Shown here piece by piece: positions 41,415 through 52,098 of a DNA stretch of 62,541 bases. The notes under the pieces were generated by a model. The model saw nothing but the letters and a program-made list of their open reading frames with translations, was not told the origin of the DNA and ran no database searches. The DNA is from Promethearchaeota archaeon. Its GTDB lineage: Archaea; Asgardarchaeota; Lokiarchaeia; Sigyniarchaeales; SOKP01. The position numbers and the translations under genes are program-made. Location of the stretch: assembly GCA_048938445.1 (NCBI GenBank), contig JBHLME010000006.1, positions 1 through 62,541 on the forward strand. Direction: 5' to 3'. The stretch's first letter is position 1. Every line of letters starts with the position of its first letter.

Positions 41415-42860
41415 TTAATTATCATGATAAATTAAATCCCAATTAAGATACTTTGTGAGAGCCTCTTCAACGATATCACCAACATGATTTAAAGTAACGG
41501 CAACATGATGTGCAAATCCCTCATTACAAACTATCTTTAACAGATCTTGTAAATTATTAATTTCAACGACTCCAAATCCACCATACGTATTGAGTGCATC
41601 TTCTGTATAGCGACCTTCTGCAATTAATGCTTTCATTTCACCATATAAATCGTCTGTTTCTATTCTAAGTAGAGTGCATGGTTTAGATTTGATCCTTCCT
41701 TGAATTGCTCCAAATGTTGCATCATCACCTTTAAGATCCGAAATGATCGGATGAATAGTCATTCTAATATCTTGAAAAAATGATTTTGGGAGATTGCTAC
41801 AATGAAACAAAACCATTTTATTTAATTCTTCACCATAATTGTTATTCCAATCTAAAATTGCTGAAGGCGTTTCCGTTGCAAGTTGAAGAATAAACATGCC
41901 AATTAAACCTGTCACATCTACTTCACATGCAGCAGGGACCAACCCCTCCGAAAACATGCTCATGATAGCACATGGAACAATCCCAAAATTATCTTGAATG
42001 CTTGGCCAACATTGAAAGGCAAAACCATCCAATTCATTTTCAATGATCCAATTCTCAATAACTACTGCTAATTTTGCGAGCTTCAGCAAACCAATTTCAG
42101 GAAATTCCTTAGTAGGTGTGTAATTTTTTATGAATTCTATTTTTTCTCCTACTTTAGGATCATCATCTTTTAATTGTTCTATTAATCCAAAAATTTCTGA
42201 CATGTCAATTGGTTCAACTGTAATTCCGTTGAATTCAAGGATTTTTTCACTATAGCGAACTGTATCGAACGCATTAGGTCTTGTTCCTATTTGCCCTAAT
42301 CGAACGTTCCTGATCTTATTAACAATTCTACATGTTTTCTCAAATTTGAAAATATCATTTTTAAACGAATCAGACTTTATCGAACAAGTATGGTTTTCTG
42401 TTAAGCTAAAAGGTATCCCATATTGATACAACACGCTAGTAATAGATATTTTTCCGCAAAAAGCATCTCTCCTATTTTTTCTATCCATTAAGGCAATATC
42501 ATCTGAGGATGCTTGAATGAGGATTGGAACATTTAAATTTGAAAGTTTAAGTACATTTGCCACTCCTTTCTCATCTCCAAAGTTGGGAAGTATAACCAAG
42601 ATACCATCTATTTTATCCCGATTAACTTTAAACAATTTAGTGCATTTTTTAGCATCCTCAAAAGTTTCTACAACACCAAATTTTGTATCACTTTCATCTA
42701 AGATCACGAAATCATATTTCATTTCTATCATTAAGTCGATTATATCTTTTCTTCCTTGTCTGGCTAGATGATCTGGAAAGACATCTCTATTGCTTACAAT
42801 GATTCCAAAGCAAAAATCTCTTCTTTGGACTTTTTTATTTAAAAATACCATTCTCTTCAC
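41415..42860 (-). CDS. L-fucose/L-arabinose isomerase family protein
   Basis: NFGDE, RRDAFCGK, QCW, ACEVD, FHCSN, GFAHH. Confidence 0.88.
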   Translation of the reverse strand: MKRMVFLNKKVQRRDFCFGIIVSNRDVFPDHLARQGRKDIIDLMIEMKYDFVILDESDTKFGVVETFEDAKKCTKLFKVNRDKIDGILVILPNFGDEKGVANVLKLSNLNVPILIQASSDDIALMDRKNRRDAFCGKISITSVLYQYGIPFSLTENHTCSIKSDSFKNDIFKFEKTCRIVNKIRNVRLGQIGTRPNAFDTVRYSEKILEFNGITVEPIDMSEIFGLIEQLKDDDPKVGEKIEFIKNYTPTKEFPEIGLLKLAKLAVVIENWIIENELDGFAFQCWPSIQDNFGIVPCAIMSMFSEGLVPAACEVDVTGLIGMFILQLATETPSAILDWNNNYGEELNKMVLFHCSNLPKSFFQDIRMTIHPIISDLKGDDATFGAIQGRIKSKPCTLLRIETDDLYGEMKALIAEGRYTEDALNTYGGFGVVEINNLQDLLKIVCNEGFAHHVAVTLNHVGDIVEEALTKYLNWDLIYHDN

Positions 42861-43084
42861 AAAATTATATTAGATCGTAATTAAAATTATAAATCTATTA
42901 TTTATATAGTTTTAATATCAAGTGGAGAAGTATGTTTTAAACAGAAACGAGTATTTATTGTTCAATAATAGCAACTAAATAAATACTATGATAAAATAAT
43001 ATTATGTATTAAATCTATAATTTTTATTCAAAAATAAGTTAAAATTTTCTATTCAAATATAAAAGAAAACAAGAAGTAATTATC

Positions 43085-44497
43085 ATGGTTGAACAAGATG
43101 AAATTAAGCCAGAAGAAAAAGTTAAGAACTCAACTAAATTTTATTATGGCCTCACGTCATTAGGAACCCAAATAGTTCATGGTGTATTTCAAATAGCATT
43201 AATCTTCTATTTTAGAGAAAAATTGCTCCTTCCTGAAATTTACTTGGTCTGGGCTTTTATTTTTTTTGCAATCTGGAATGCTATAAATGATCCGTTATTT
43301 GGTTGGTTATCAGATAAAACTAAAACAAGATGGGGTAGGAGGATTCCTTATCTATTTTTATTTACCCCAGTAATGACCTTATCATTTATATTTTTATGGT
43401 TAGGTCCAACTACAGTTGAAATAGGTAATCTTGGAGTTTTTTTCTACATGCTTACTTTCATCTGTTTATATGATACAGCTTTTACTGCAGCTTTATTAGT
43501 ATGGACTGCATTAGGGCAAGAAATAAGCATGGATCACAGAGAACGAGGAAATATACAAATTTATTCTCTCTTCTTGGGACTAATAGGAACGTTAATAGCA
43601 TTACTATTACCATCTATTTTTTTAGATGAACCTGGAAGAGAAGGTTTTATTATCTTAACAATAATATTTGGTATCATTCAATTTATTACGATGGAAATTA
43701 CAACTTTTAAAATTAAAGAGAGGTTAGAATTTTCAAAGGTTGATAGTGCTGTGGGATTCATTGATTCTTTTAAAAATACACTCAAGAGAACATCATTCAT
43801 TACAACAGTCATAATGAATTTTTTCTTAATATTCATACAATCTACCTTTTTTGGGCTTCTCTTCTTCTATACCGATTATGCAATTCCAGAAATTGACTCC
43901 ACTATAATTTTATTATTGGTCGTAGGACTTACAGTTGCAGGTGTTGGATTCGGCACTTATTACACCGTGAAGATAAATAAAAAAAAGGGAGTGAAAACAG
44001 CCATGGTTAATTCGATTATTCTCCACGGTATTGGATATTTTTTAGTTGGAGTCTTACCAGGAGTATTAGCTGTAATAGGATTCTTTTTCGTAGGTGTTGG
44101 AATCTATGCTTCAATGACTTTATTTAATGTTGCATTTGCTGATGTTATTGATGAGGATGAAGTAGATACAGGAACAAGGAGGGAAGCAGCAATTATGGGA
44201 ATAAATGCACTTATAACTAAACCCGCAGAATCCGTTGCAGGAGTTTTTATTTCTCTCATGTTATTATTTTTTAATTATCAAGAACCTATTGATGGAGTCC
44301 AACTACAACAATTACCGATAACAATTTTTGGTATCAAATTAGCTATAGGAATAATACCAGCTATAGTCGCTTTTTTAGCTGCTTTAGCATATAGTCTCAA
44401 TCCTTTGTACGGTGACTATTTGAAAGAAATAAAAATAAAAATGTATCAAATGCATGTTGAGAAAAAGGAAAAATTACACAAAATTCACTTTAAATAA
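43085..44497 (+). CDS. MFS glycoside-pentoside-hexuronide (MelB-like) transporter
   Basis: WNAINDPLFGWLSD.T.TRWGRR.PY; DVIDEDE..TG.RRE; about 12 TM. Confidence 0.92.
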   Translation: MVEQDEIKPEEKVKNSTKFYYGLTSLGTQIVHGVFQIALIFYFREKLLLPEIYLVWAFIFFAIWNAINDPLFGWLSDKTKTRWGRRIPYLFLFTPVMTLSFIFLWLGPTTVEIGNLGVFFYMLTFICLYDTAFTAALLVWTALGQEISMDHRERGNIQIYSLFLGLIGTLIALLLPSIFLDEPGREGFIILTIIFGIIQFITMEITTFKIKERLEFSKVDSAVGFIDSFKNTLKRTSFITTVIMNFFLIFIQSTFFGLLFFYTDYAIPEIDSTIILLLVVGLTVAGVGFGTYYTVKINKKKGVKTAMVNSIILHGIGYFLVGVLPGVLAVIGFFFVGVGIYASMTLFNVAFADVIDEDEVDTGTRREAAIMGINALITKPAESVAGVFISLMLLFFNYQEPIDGVQLQQLPITIFGIKLAIGIIPAIVAFLAALAYSLNPLYGDYLKEIKIKMYQMHVEKKEKLHKIHFK

Positions 44498-44533
44498 TAA
44501 AAAACCAGATAAACACCTATAATTAAAATGCTT

Positions 44534-45217
44534 CTAATATGACTCATAATATTGATTATATTTCTCATACCATATGTCTTCATCCAAGAAAAAGATGGTA
44601 TGATTTGGAAGTTTTTTTTTCACTAATAAACATATCTTTTCAAGTTTGTCAAAATAGTTATTTATCGTACTATAATGCATATTTAATTCCTTTGAAATGC
44701 GCGTTTTCGTGACTCCATCATTATCGATCAAAAAATATTTAATAATTTTCTTACTTTTCTCTTTTCTAATAAAATGAACCTCTTCGTCTAATTCTTGTTT
44801 TTCTTCAGCTCCGAAATAAACCTCTTGATCATTAATTTTTTTTTTTTGGATAAAGTTGAATTTTAATAGGATATTTATATGCCATCCCACAACAGGAATG
44901 TTCATTTTTAGTTTCTTTACAATTTTATAAAAGTATACCCCCGGATATTTTAGAATAAAATTATATATCTCCTTTCTATTCTGATTTAATAAGACATTTT
45001 CTCTCGTAAGTCTCGATCCATCAATGATAAGGTTCTTTTTAACCAATGATTGGAGTATTGTTTTTATACCTTGAACACTTATGTTGGTAGAGGTTTTTGC
45101 GAATCTCGAACTGATAAAAGGAATTATGGCACTAGCATTAAAGTGTTGATGTTCTTCGATATATTCTCGAACTAAATCTAATACTGTTTGCTCTTCTGTT
45201 AATAACTGCTGAGTCAT
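44534..45217 (-). CDS. Multi-winged-helix transcriptional regulator
   Basis: NQNRKEIYNFI..YPG...WHINIL and TRISKELNMHYSTI...FDKL HTH units. Confidence 0.8.
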   Translation of the reverse strand: MTQQLLTEEQTVLDLVREYIEEHQHFNASAIIPFISSRFAKTSTNISVQGIKTILQSLVKKNLIIDGSRLTRENVLLNQNRKEIYNFILKYPGVYFYKIVKKLKMNIPVVGWHINILLKFNFIQKKKINDQEVYFGAEEKQELDEEVHFIRKEKSKKIIKYFLIDNDGVTKTRISKELNMHYSTINNYFDKLEKICLLVKKKLPNHTIFFLDEDIWYEKYNQYYESY

Positions 45218-45232
45218 GATTCAAGTAGCTCC

Positions 45233-47266
45233 TCAGTTTCTATAACTTTTTTTGCTAAGTTTTGATAAAATATCATTTACAATGTCATTTCTTTCAGTAG
45301 GTGTAAAAGAAAACATTTCTTCAAGAAATTCCTTTTTTTCAATTGAACTTAAACCTAATTTATCAACCTTCTCTAAGAATTCTTCAGAAAACGATGATAA
45401 ATAAACGCCTTCGGAGATTTTATTCGTTTTCTGATTCATTTCTGGGTCAAAGATTTGCAGCAACAATTCTTTATTTGTCTTGATGTTTAAGATCTCTTTA
45501 GAAGACATAGCATGATTTTTACTCTTGAATTGTTTTTCTTTTTGAATATGTTCTGTTTCTTTTAAAAAATCGTTCTTTCTTTTATGAATTTTGTAAATGG
45601 ACACTGCTGCTAGTGAACCTGTCAATCCCAAAAAAATTCCAATAACCGTTAATAATGAAAAAAAATCTATAAAAGAAGGTCCATTTCCATTATCACCTAT
45701 TATATATATATTCACCTTATTTCCAAAAAAAGAATTTCTATTTAACTCATTGGCCTTAGAATAATATAGATAAATTCCGATATCATTATTGCTAATAATA
45801 TTTCTATAAATTTCATTATTCTCGCTTCCCTTAAATAAAATTCCATTTTCAATATTGTTATCAATATTATTAAATGAAATGAACGAATCATAACATTTAT
45901 CCATGGAAATACCATTTAGATTATTATTTATTTCATTTAATGTAATTATATTATTACTACATCGATATAATGTTATTCCAGAATAACCATTATTTTCAAT
46001 AACATTATGTTCTATTTTATTGTGGTCGCAACTTTGAAGCCAATTATTTTCAATAGCAATTCCTTTATGGTTACCAATTATTTCATTATTAAAGATAGTA
46101 TTATAATTAGACGATTCAAGACTTATTCCAAAATCACTATTGTCATTCATGATATTATTTAGGATATCGTTATTAGAACCCTCCACAATGTATATTCCAC
46201 AATTACTATTGTTATTCGCAGTTATATTATATATAGTGTTAAAATGAGAAGATATGAGTTGTAGTCCTATTGAAGTGTAGGATAAATTTAAATCCTCTAT
46301 GACAGCATAACTACAATTGTATAATATTACTTGACCTGCATTGCTGAGATTGTTGCTGTTTAATGTCAATTCATTCTTATAATAATAAAGGCATTTTCCA
46401 TTTACAGTATTATCTGCGTGGATTTTATGATCAAAGCAAAGGGGATCAACATAAATATAAAGAGGATCGATGTTTAATGTAACTCCTATTATTTGGAGAC
46501 CACATCTAATCATTTTGTTTCCTTTCAGTTCACAATTATTGCTTTGAGATAATCTAATTCCCCATTTGCAATCGATTATAGAATTATTATATAATTTATT
46601 ATTATGATTACCTTCTAAAGAGATTCCACTATTCCCATTATTATTAATAATACAATCTGAAATATTGGAATTATTACAGTAATCTGATCTGATTCCTATA
46701 CGTTCATTATCAAAAAGATGAGAGTTGTTTAATTGTAAGTTATCAACTCTATTAAGAGTGATTCCATCATATTCATTACTAAAAGAAGTAATGTTATTAA
46801 GTGTTATGTTTGAAATTATAGAAGCACGAATCCCACTTATATGACTGTACGAAGTAATGTTATTTAGTTGTATATTAGAAACATTGTAAAGATATATCCC
46901 ATAGCTTGCATTGTAAAGAGTGCAATTTTCTATCTGAAAATATACGTCTGAATTTCTGATCATGATACAAGCAAATAATTCCCCTTGACCGTCAATATCC
47001 CAATCTCTAATAATATAAGGGTGCGTAGAGTTTCCATATCCCGTACAATTTCCAGCATCTTTTAAATCTTGCCAGTCTTGATTTCCATCAATATAAATTT
47101 CTGCTGTTAAAGTACTTGATTTAGGATGAAAATCATTAACATCCAATTTATCTATATTTTCAAGCATTAAAATGTTCAAGATTTGTAAAGACATTGCAGA
47201 TAATGATAGAGAAATTAGCAATAAAATTAAAATAAACCTGTTGTTTCTCCTCTTTCTGTCATTCAT
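45233..47266 (-). CDS. Cell-surface right-handed beta-helix (NosD/CASH) protein with TM anchor and cytoplasmic tail domain
   Basis: Signal anchor; GxG..PYII motif; many GI.L..S.NN.I..N repeats; TM near aa 535-558; C-terminal helical domain. Confidence 0.85.
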   Translation of the reverse strand: MNDRKRRNNRFILILLLISLSLSAMSLQILNILMLENIDKLDVNDFHPKSSTLTAEIYIDGNQDWQDLKDAGNCTGYGNSTHPYIIRDWDIDGQGELFACIMIRNSDVYFQIENCTLYNASYGIYLYNVSNIQLNNITSYSHISGIRASIISNITLNNITSFSNEYDGITLNRVDNLQLNNSHLFDNERIGIRSDYCNNSNISDCIINNNGNSGISLEGNHNNKLYNNSIIDCKWGIRLSQSNNCELKGNKMIRCGLQIIGVTLNIDPLYIYVDPLCFDHKIHADNTVNGKCLYYYKNELTLNSNNLSNAGQVILYNCSYAVIEDLNLSYTSIGLQLISSHFNTIYNITANNNSNCGIYIVEGSNNDILNNIMNDNSDFGISLESSNYNTIFNNEIIGNHKGIAIENNWLQSCDHNKIEHNVIENNGYSGITLYRCSNNIITLNEINNNLNGISMDKCYDSFISFNNIDNNIENGILFKGSENNEIYRNIISNNDIGIYLYYSKANELNRNSFFGNKVNIYIIGDNGNGPSFIDFFSLLTVIGIFLGLTGSLAAVSIYKIHKRKNDFLKETEHIQKEKQFKSKNHAMSSKEILNIKTNKELLLQIFDPEMNQKTNKISEGVYLSSFSEEFLEKVDKLGLSSIEKKEFLEEMFSFTPTERNDIVNDILSKLSKKSYRN

Positions 47267-47492
47267 AGTAATTCCCTTTTTATCTTCAATTAATGTTAAT
47301 TCTCGTCATTTAATCAAATTTGAAATATTTAATTACCTAGACAATATGATTTAATAAATATGTATCTTTAAACAAAGTGAAATATCACTTCCTCAAAAAT
47401 CTCATTCAATTAAAAATTTTATTGGAGTCTAAAAATAATTTATATAAATATTCTTAAACTATAATTAACTATAATGAAATGAAATTCATGAA

Positions 47493-47831
47493 ATCCATCT
47501 ATTAGTAAAGGTTTTATTGTGAATTAAAATTAAAAAACTACGCCCGTAAGGATTCCAATAAAACATTAATATACAATAACTCTATATCATGAAGGTTAAT
47601 AGATGGAAAAATTACAAAGGGGTTGAATTATTTTACAGAACTATGGTATATTGCTATCTAAAAGTAAATATATATTATGTATTATTAAGAGTTTAATCTC
47701 TTAACTAAATAAAGCTAAATAAATTTAATATTAGAAATTCCTATTAATTCTGATTTATCCTACTTACTTTAATGACTGTATTAAATTTTAATCTGAATAA
47801 TCATAAAGATCAGTTTCAATATCCATCTATT
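47493..47831. promoter_or_regulatory. Three copies of TCCATCTATT in a divergent intergenic region
   Basis: 47494-47503 (+), 47598-47607 (-), 47822-47831 (+). Confidence 0.45.
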
Positions 47832-48017
47832 GTTAAAATTGGTTAATCAATAAGATGTAATCATTATCTTGAAAAAGTAATATTTCACTGAATTTAAAGG
47901 TCCATTTAAATAGGACCCTATGAGTGTACTAAATAATTTAAGTTTTATATGAAAAAGCTGATCGGTATTGATGCATTTTTACTAAATGAAAATTTATAAA
48001 AAAAGGTAATATAAATA

Positions 48018-49979
48018 ATGTCTAAAAGAAAGACGGCAACAGCAATTTTATTGTTATCATTGGGAATAGTAATGGTTCCGGGAGGATTTATCGTGAATGA
48101 TTTCATACAAGATCTCACCTATAGTTCTGTAGATGAGGGTCTACGAGGTATCAAAGCTCAAGGTGTCCCTCTCGTAATAGAAAAAACATTGGAATTAGGT
48201 CCAATGGCTTTAGCACTTACATTTGATTTGATATTGGAACAAGGATTGAAATTTTCAAAACCATTAGTAGATGCAACAATGTTCATGGGACAGGCCTATA
48301 TCGTACAGGAAACATTACCCTTCCTTGTTGTACCTAAATTCTTTGATTTTCTCGCAGGCCCATTAGGGAACTTTAGTTCAGTTGCAGAAGGTTTTTACTA
48401 CCCATCTATTCAAGGTATATCAGAATGGTATGGTACTGATTTAAATTTTAGCATATATGATGACCCCCTTATTATTTGGCCGTTGGATCTATGGGGTGGT
48501 ACCCCCCGGTTAATGTTTGGTACGAATACTACCGAACAATGGTGGGGGGATCGTCTTCCTGGTATTTTTGAAGATACCTACAGGAGAGTCGGAGATACCC
48601 AATGGCCACCTGATAATTATACAGATTCTTATAATATAGTCGATATGAATCAAGATAGAGGTTTTGGAGTAATGGAAATGATGGAAATCATTGAAAATGC
48701 AGATGAAACCGAAATAAAGGCATTATGTGGTGAATATGGATATAATCTTTCTAATCCAGAAGATAAATTTGAGTATAATGGACAAAATTACACGAAATTA
48801 GAAATATTGTATTATTACTTCAATGATTATTTTTCAGTTGAAGTTTTACAAATGATCATTGAAAAATTTAATGAACCAACGGCCAATCCTATTTATAATC
48901 CATTATTTTATACTTATCCACAATACCAAATGCGAGATTGGAATGGTAATGATACTTCCTATGAAGATATTATGCTCTATAGTTTTATCGAACAATGGGC
49001 AAAATGCAATAACTTTGATAATGGATTTGAATTTTATGACGCAGAACCAAGCGTTCCTGCAGGAATTTATGGATTAGAACCAGGAGGACCTGTTAATTCT
49101 TCTGGTATCCCAATGCAAGCTGCTCTTCAAATATGGAACAAATCCAATGAAAATTCCATCTTGAATGTTGATGGAATATATAAATGGTACGATGCTTATT
49201 ATGATAGTACCACATATAATGAACTCTTATCTGAATTTTCTCAATTTCCGGGTTATGATTTTGAGAATGACACTTATGGAGAAGCAGATTGGGGCTTTAA
49301 TGATACGGATATGGACTTAATTCTTGATTGGCTTTGGGGTAATGGAGGGGAATGGAATCAAGGATCCTTTTATGAAGTTACTTTGCCCCTACTCCTTACA
49401 GAAGAAATTGCCTTCCAGATTCTATTAGAACAGTGGGCTTATGGAACAATTAGAGGTATCGAATTATATCCAGGAGGATTCCCTCTACCATTAGGATCTA
49501 ATATAGTCTATGGCTTTGAACTTGGATTTCAAGGACCTAATCAGAAAGTAATCCCTGCTCAAATGTCAATAGAGACAGCATTGGCGCTTTGGGACACTTC
49601 AAGTGTATATTCACTTACCACGAAGTTAGGCATAGAAAAATGGTTTGCCGCATTAATGGGTGACTCAAATGCTTATCCAACATTGCAATCAGAATTTGGA
49701 TTAACTGATTTTGATATGTATCTAATATTAAACTGGATTCCTGACTTTCAACATAATGTAATGCCTTACCTTGCTCAATATCAATATAGCTTACCCTCTG
49801 ATTCAATATCACTCGGTAATATTGTTGAAATAGCATTCGTAGGATTAGGTGCTGTATGCATTGGATTAGGTGCTATGGGAATGGGTGGTTATATTGTTAC
49901 AAGAAAAATTGCTGCTCACAAGCCAGAAAAAGAATTTGATCCTTTCAAATTAGGTAAAAAAATGGAAAGTAAAAAATAA
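48018..49979 (+). CDS. Two-TM hairpin membrane protein with acidic ectodomain containing internal repeats
   Basis: N- and C-terminal hydrophobic helices; repeated EQWA...G.E...A..LW...S.L...GI.KW...SEF...DM.LIL.W. Confidence 0.7.
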   Translation: MSKRKTATAILLLSLGIVMVPGGFIVNDFIQDLTYSSVDEGLRGIKAQGVPLVIEKTLELGPMALALTFDLILEQGLKFSKPLVDATMFMGQAYIVQETLPFLVVPKFFDFLAGPLGNFSSVAEGFYYPSIQGISEWYGTDLNFSIYDDPLIIWPLDLWGGTPRLMFGTNTTEQWWGDRLPGIFEDTYRRVGDTQWPPDNYTDSYNIVDMNQDRGFGVMEMMEIIENADETEIKALCGEYGYNLSNPEDKFEYNGQNYTKLEILYYYFNDYFSVEVLQMIIEKFNEPTANPIYNPLFYTYPQYQMRDWNGNDTSYEDIMLYSFIEQWAKCNNFDNGFEFYDAEPSVPAGIYGLEPGGPVNSSGIPMQAALQIWNKSNENSILNVDGIYKWYDAYYDSTTYNELLSEFSQFPGYDFENDTYGEADWGFNDTDMDLILDWLWGNGGEWNQGSFYEVTLPLLLTEEIAFQILLEQWAYGTIRGIELYPGGFPLPLGSNIVYGFELGFQGPNQKVIPAQMSIETALALWDTSSVYSLTTKLGIEKWFAALMGDSNAYPTLQSEFGLTDFDMYLILNWIPDFQHNVMPYLAQYQYSLPSDSISLGNIVEIAFVGLGAVCIGLGAMGMGGYIVTRKIAAHKPEKEFDPFKLGKKMESKK

Positions 49980-50048
49980 TAATTTCATAAGGTAAAACAA
50001 TGATCTCAGAGATAAAAATTACTACCTTATTTTTTCTTTCTTTAAATT

Positions 50049-50639
50049 TTACTTTTTTTCTTTATTTGTAAATACCATGCCTTTATTGATAATTTGCCAA
50101 GTTCTCCAACCGTTAGTAACTTTTTCCCTTATTTCTTTTAAAAACTCAGAATATCCTATTTCACGGATTTTTTTTAAATTCTCATTTAGATCTTTGCTAT
50201 AACGAGCACACATGAGTTTCATCATTTTTCCCTTATCTGTAATATAAGGAGCATCCTGATTTATATGAGGACAAGGTGTTTCTGATTCTGGATTAAAATC
50301 CTCACATTCTGCACAGGTCCAATATCCTTTAGAGAAAACACACTGCGCAATTCCACACACTTTAGTTCCTTTTCCACCATTATGACATCCAGGACATGTA
50401 TTTTTGTTCCTATTTATGAATGATTTTAAGGTTTTTAATGTAATCTTTATATTTTTGGCATTAAAGCCTAATGTAGGTCCAATGTCAATCATGTTCCATC
50501 CTTCCCAAATTTCTTGAACTCTTTTTGCAGCTTCCACACAGTCTCCTATGTAAAAATCACATCCTAAACAAATTACACCACAAGGAGCAATCATTCCTCT
50601 CTCCTCAGTTTTTATACTATTTAAATCTGAATTTATCAA
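50049..50639 (-). CDS. DUF3795 family Cys-rich protein
   Basis: APCG..C..C, CPGC, C.IAQC, TCAEC, PC. Confidence 0.8.
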   Translation of the reverse strand: MINSDLNSIKTEERGMIAPCGVICLGCDFYIGDCVEAAKRVQEIWEGWNMIDIGPTLGFNAKNIKITLKTLKSFINRNKNTCPGCHNGGKGTKVCGIAQCVFSKGYWTCAECEDFNPESETPCPHINQDAPYITDKGKMMKLMCARYSKDLNENLKKIREIGYSEFLKEIREKVTNGWRTWQIINKGMVFTNKEKK

Positions 50640-50685
50640 TTAAATCACCTTTTATGTTTCAATTTTTTATTTAAATATATTGGGG

Positions 50686-50710
50686 AGTAAGTCTATAAAA
50701 TAGACTAACT
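50686..50710. promoter_or_regulatory. Candidate operator AGTAAGTCTAT-AAA-ATAGACTAACT
   Basis: Dyad with 10 of 11 positions matching, between divergent DUF3795 and HxlR genes. Confidence 0.55.
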
Positions 50711-50802
50711 TTAATTTATACCATTACTTTATATTATTTAAACAGAAAAGTAAAAATCATTTCCATTAGTTTACTTTTTTTCACTAAGATTAATTGATTA
50801 AA

Positions 50803-51276
50803 ATGAGTAAAAAAAACGATAGTATAAATAAAGGCAAACCTGTATTTGATTTTGATAATTTTAAAGAATTAATCGAACTCATTCCAAAAATTAGAGAAGC
50901 TATAAATTTAGGAATGATGCGAGAATTAAAAAAACCCAAACAAGAAAAAAAAATATTAAAAATGGACAGGAGCTTTATTAGGGAAGTATCTTCGTTAATG
51001 CAAGGTAAATGGACTGCGGATATACTCTTTATTGTTAATTTTTTAAAAAATCCATATTATAATGAAATAAAAAAGGCACTTCCTGAAATAAATACAAGAA
51101 CTCTCACGAATCGTTTGCTTTTTTTGGATGAAAAAGGAATTATTGCTAGAAAAATACATGATACAAGACCAGTGAGAGTTTCCTATAGCCTGACGCCATT
51201 TGGTGAAGGTTTGATTTCTCTCTATATTCCTATTTTGACCTATGTAGCACTTGAATATGAAAAAAAACACAAATAG
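50803..51276 (+). CDS. HxlR/DUF24 family transcriptional regulator
   Basis: GKWT..IL, YNEIKKALPEINTRTLTNRL, RV.YSLT.FG. Confidence 0.9.
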   Translation: MSKKNDSINKGKPVFDFDNFKELIELIPKIREAINLGMMRELKKPKQEKKILKMDRSFIREVSSLMQGKWTADILFIVNFLKNPYYNEIKKALPEINTRTLTNRLLFLDEKGIIARKIHDTRPVRVSYSLTPFGEGLISLYIPILTYVALEYEKKHK

Positions 51277-51705
51277 AATTAAAACAGTTCTCGAAATCAA
51301 ATTTAAGAAAATAAAATATTAATATTAGATGTAATAACTCATGAAGAACTGGATTTTAATTCAATGAATTAAAACTGGTTCTATCAAAAAGTATTTCATT
51401 GTAAAATACTGGAAAGGTTAAGGAATTTTATCCATCAATAATGAAGTAACTATATCTAGATCAATTATTGCCTATTTAGAAGTCAATATTTGATCATACC
51501 ATCAAAATATATGCAGTATTAAAAATTTTTTTTTTTATCTATCCCATTTTTTTTTGTCGATGCAAAATGGTGCATGAAATTCATCGAATTATTATTGATC
51601 AAACAACACATTTAAATAGATCAAATACTAATTTAATCTTAATAAGTTTGAAAAAACTTAAACTAATTATTAAAAATTACATGATTAGTGGAGGAATGAA
51701 TAAAA

Positions 51706-51912
51706 ATGGCCGCATTTGCATGGAGCCCATTACGAGCTCTAATGAAAAAATCTGGTGCTGAAATCGTAAGCAGGGCCGCAGTTGATAAATTAATGGACTA
51801 TTTAGAAGAATATGCAAAATCTTTAACTGCATGTGCTCTTGACATTGCGAAACACGCCGGAAGAAAGAAAGTCACTCAAGGCGATATGAAAATTGCTATA
51901 GGAATGATCTAA
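51706..51912 (+). CDS. Archaeal histone (HMf-like, tailless)
   Basis: PLRALMKKSGAEIVS..A, AKHAGRKKVTQGD; GGAGG RBS upstream. Confidence 0.95.
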   Translation: MAAFAWSPLRALMKKSGAEIVSRAAVDKLMDYLEEYAKSLTACALDIAKHAGRKKVTQGDMKIAIGMI

Positions 51913-51941
51913 GCAATTTTAGCCTAGTTTTACAATAAATT

Positions 51942-51977
51942 CCTTATTTTTTTTATTTTTTTTTTCCTTTTGTTCTT
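51942..51977 (+). terminator. Oligo-T archaeal terminator after the histone gene
   Basis: Consecutive T runs immediately downstream of the stop codon. Confidence 0.5.
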
Positions 51978-52098
51978 TAAAAGAATTTTATATCTATTTT
52001 ATGAGTTTTACCATATTATTTTAAATAAATCCATCAATAATTAAATAATGAGAGACGAATTAAAACAAAAGAAAAAAATTATTTTAGGTGTATAAGCA

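Noticed and set aside
45700-46950. Periodic ATT/TTA-rich DNA as a tandem repeat
   Set aside because: Explained by Asn/Ile-rich beta-helix coding
51567-51761. 64-aa ORF overlapping the histone start (possible histone tail)
   Set aside because: Different frame; the histone has its own GGAGG RBS
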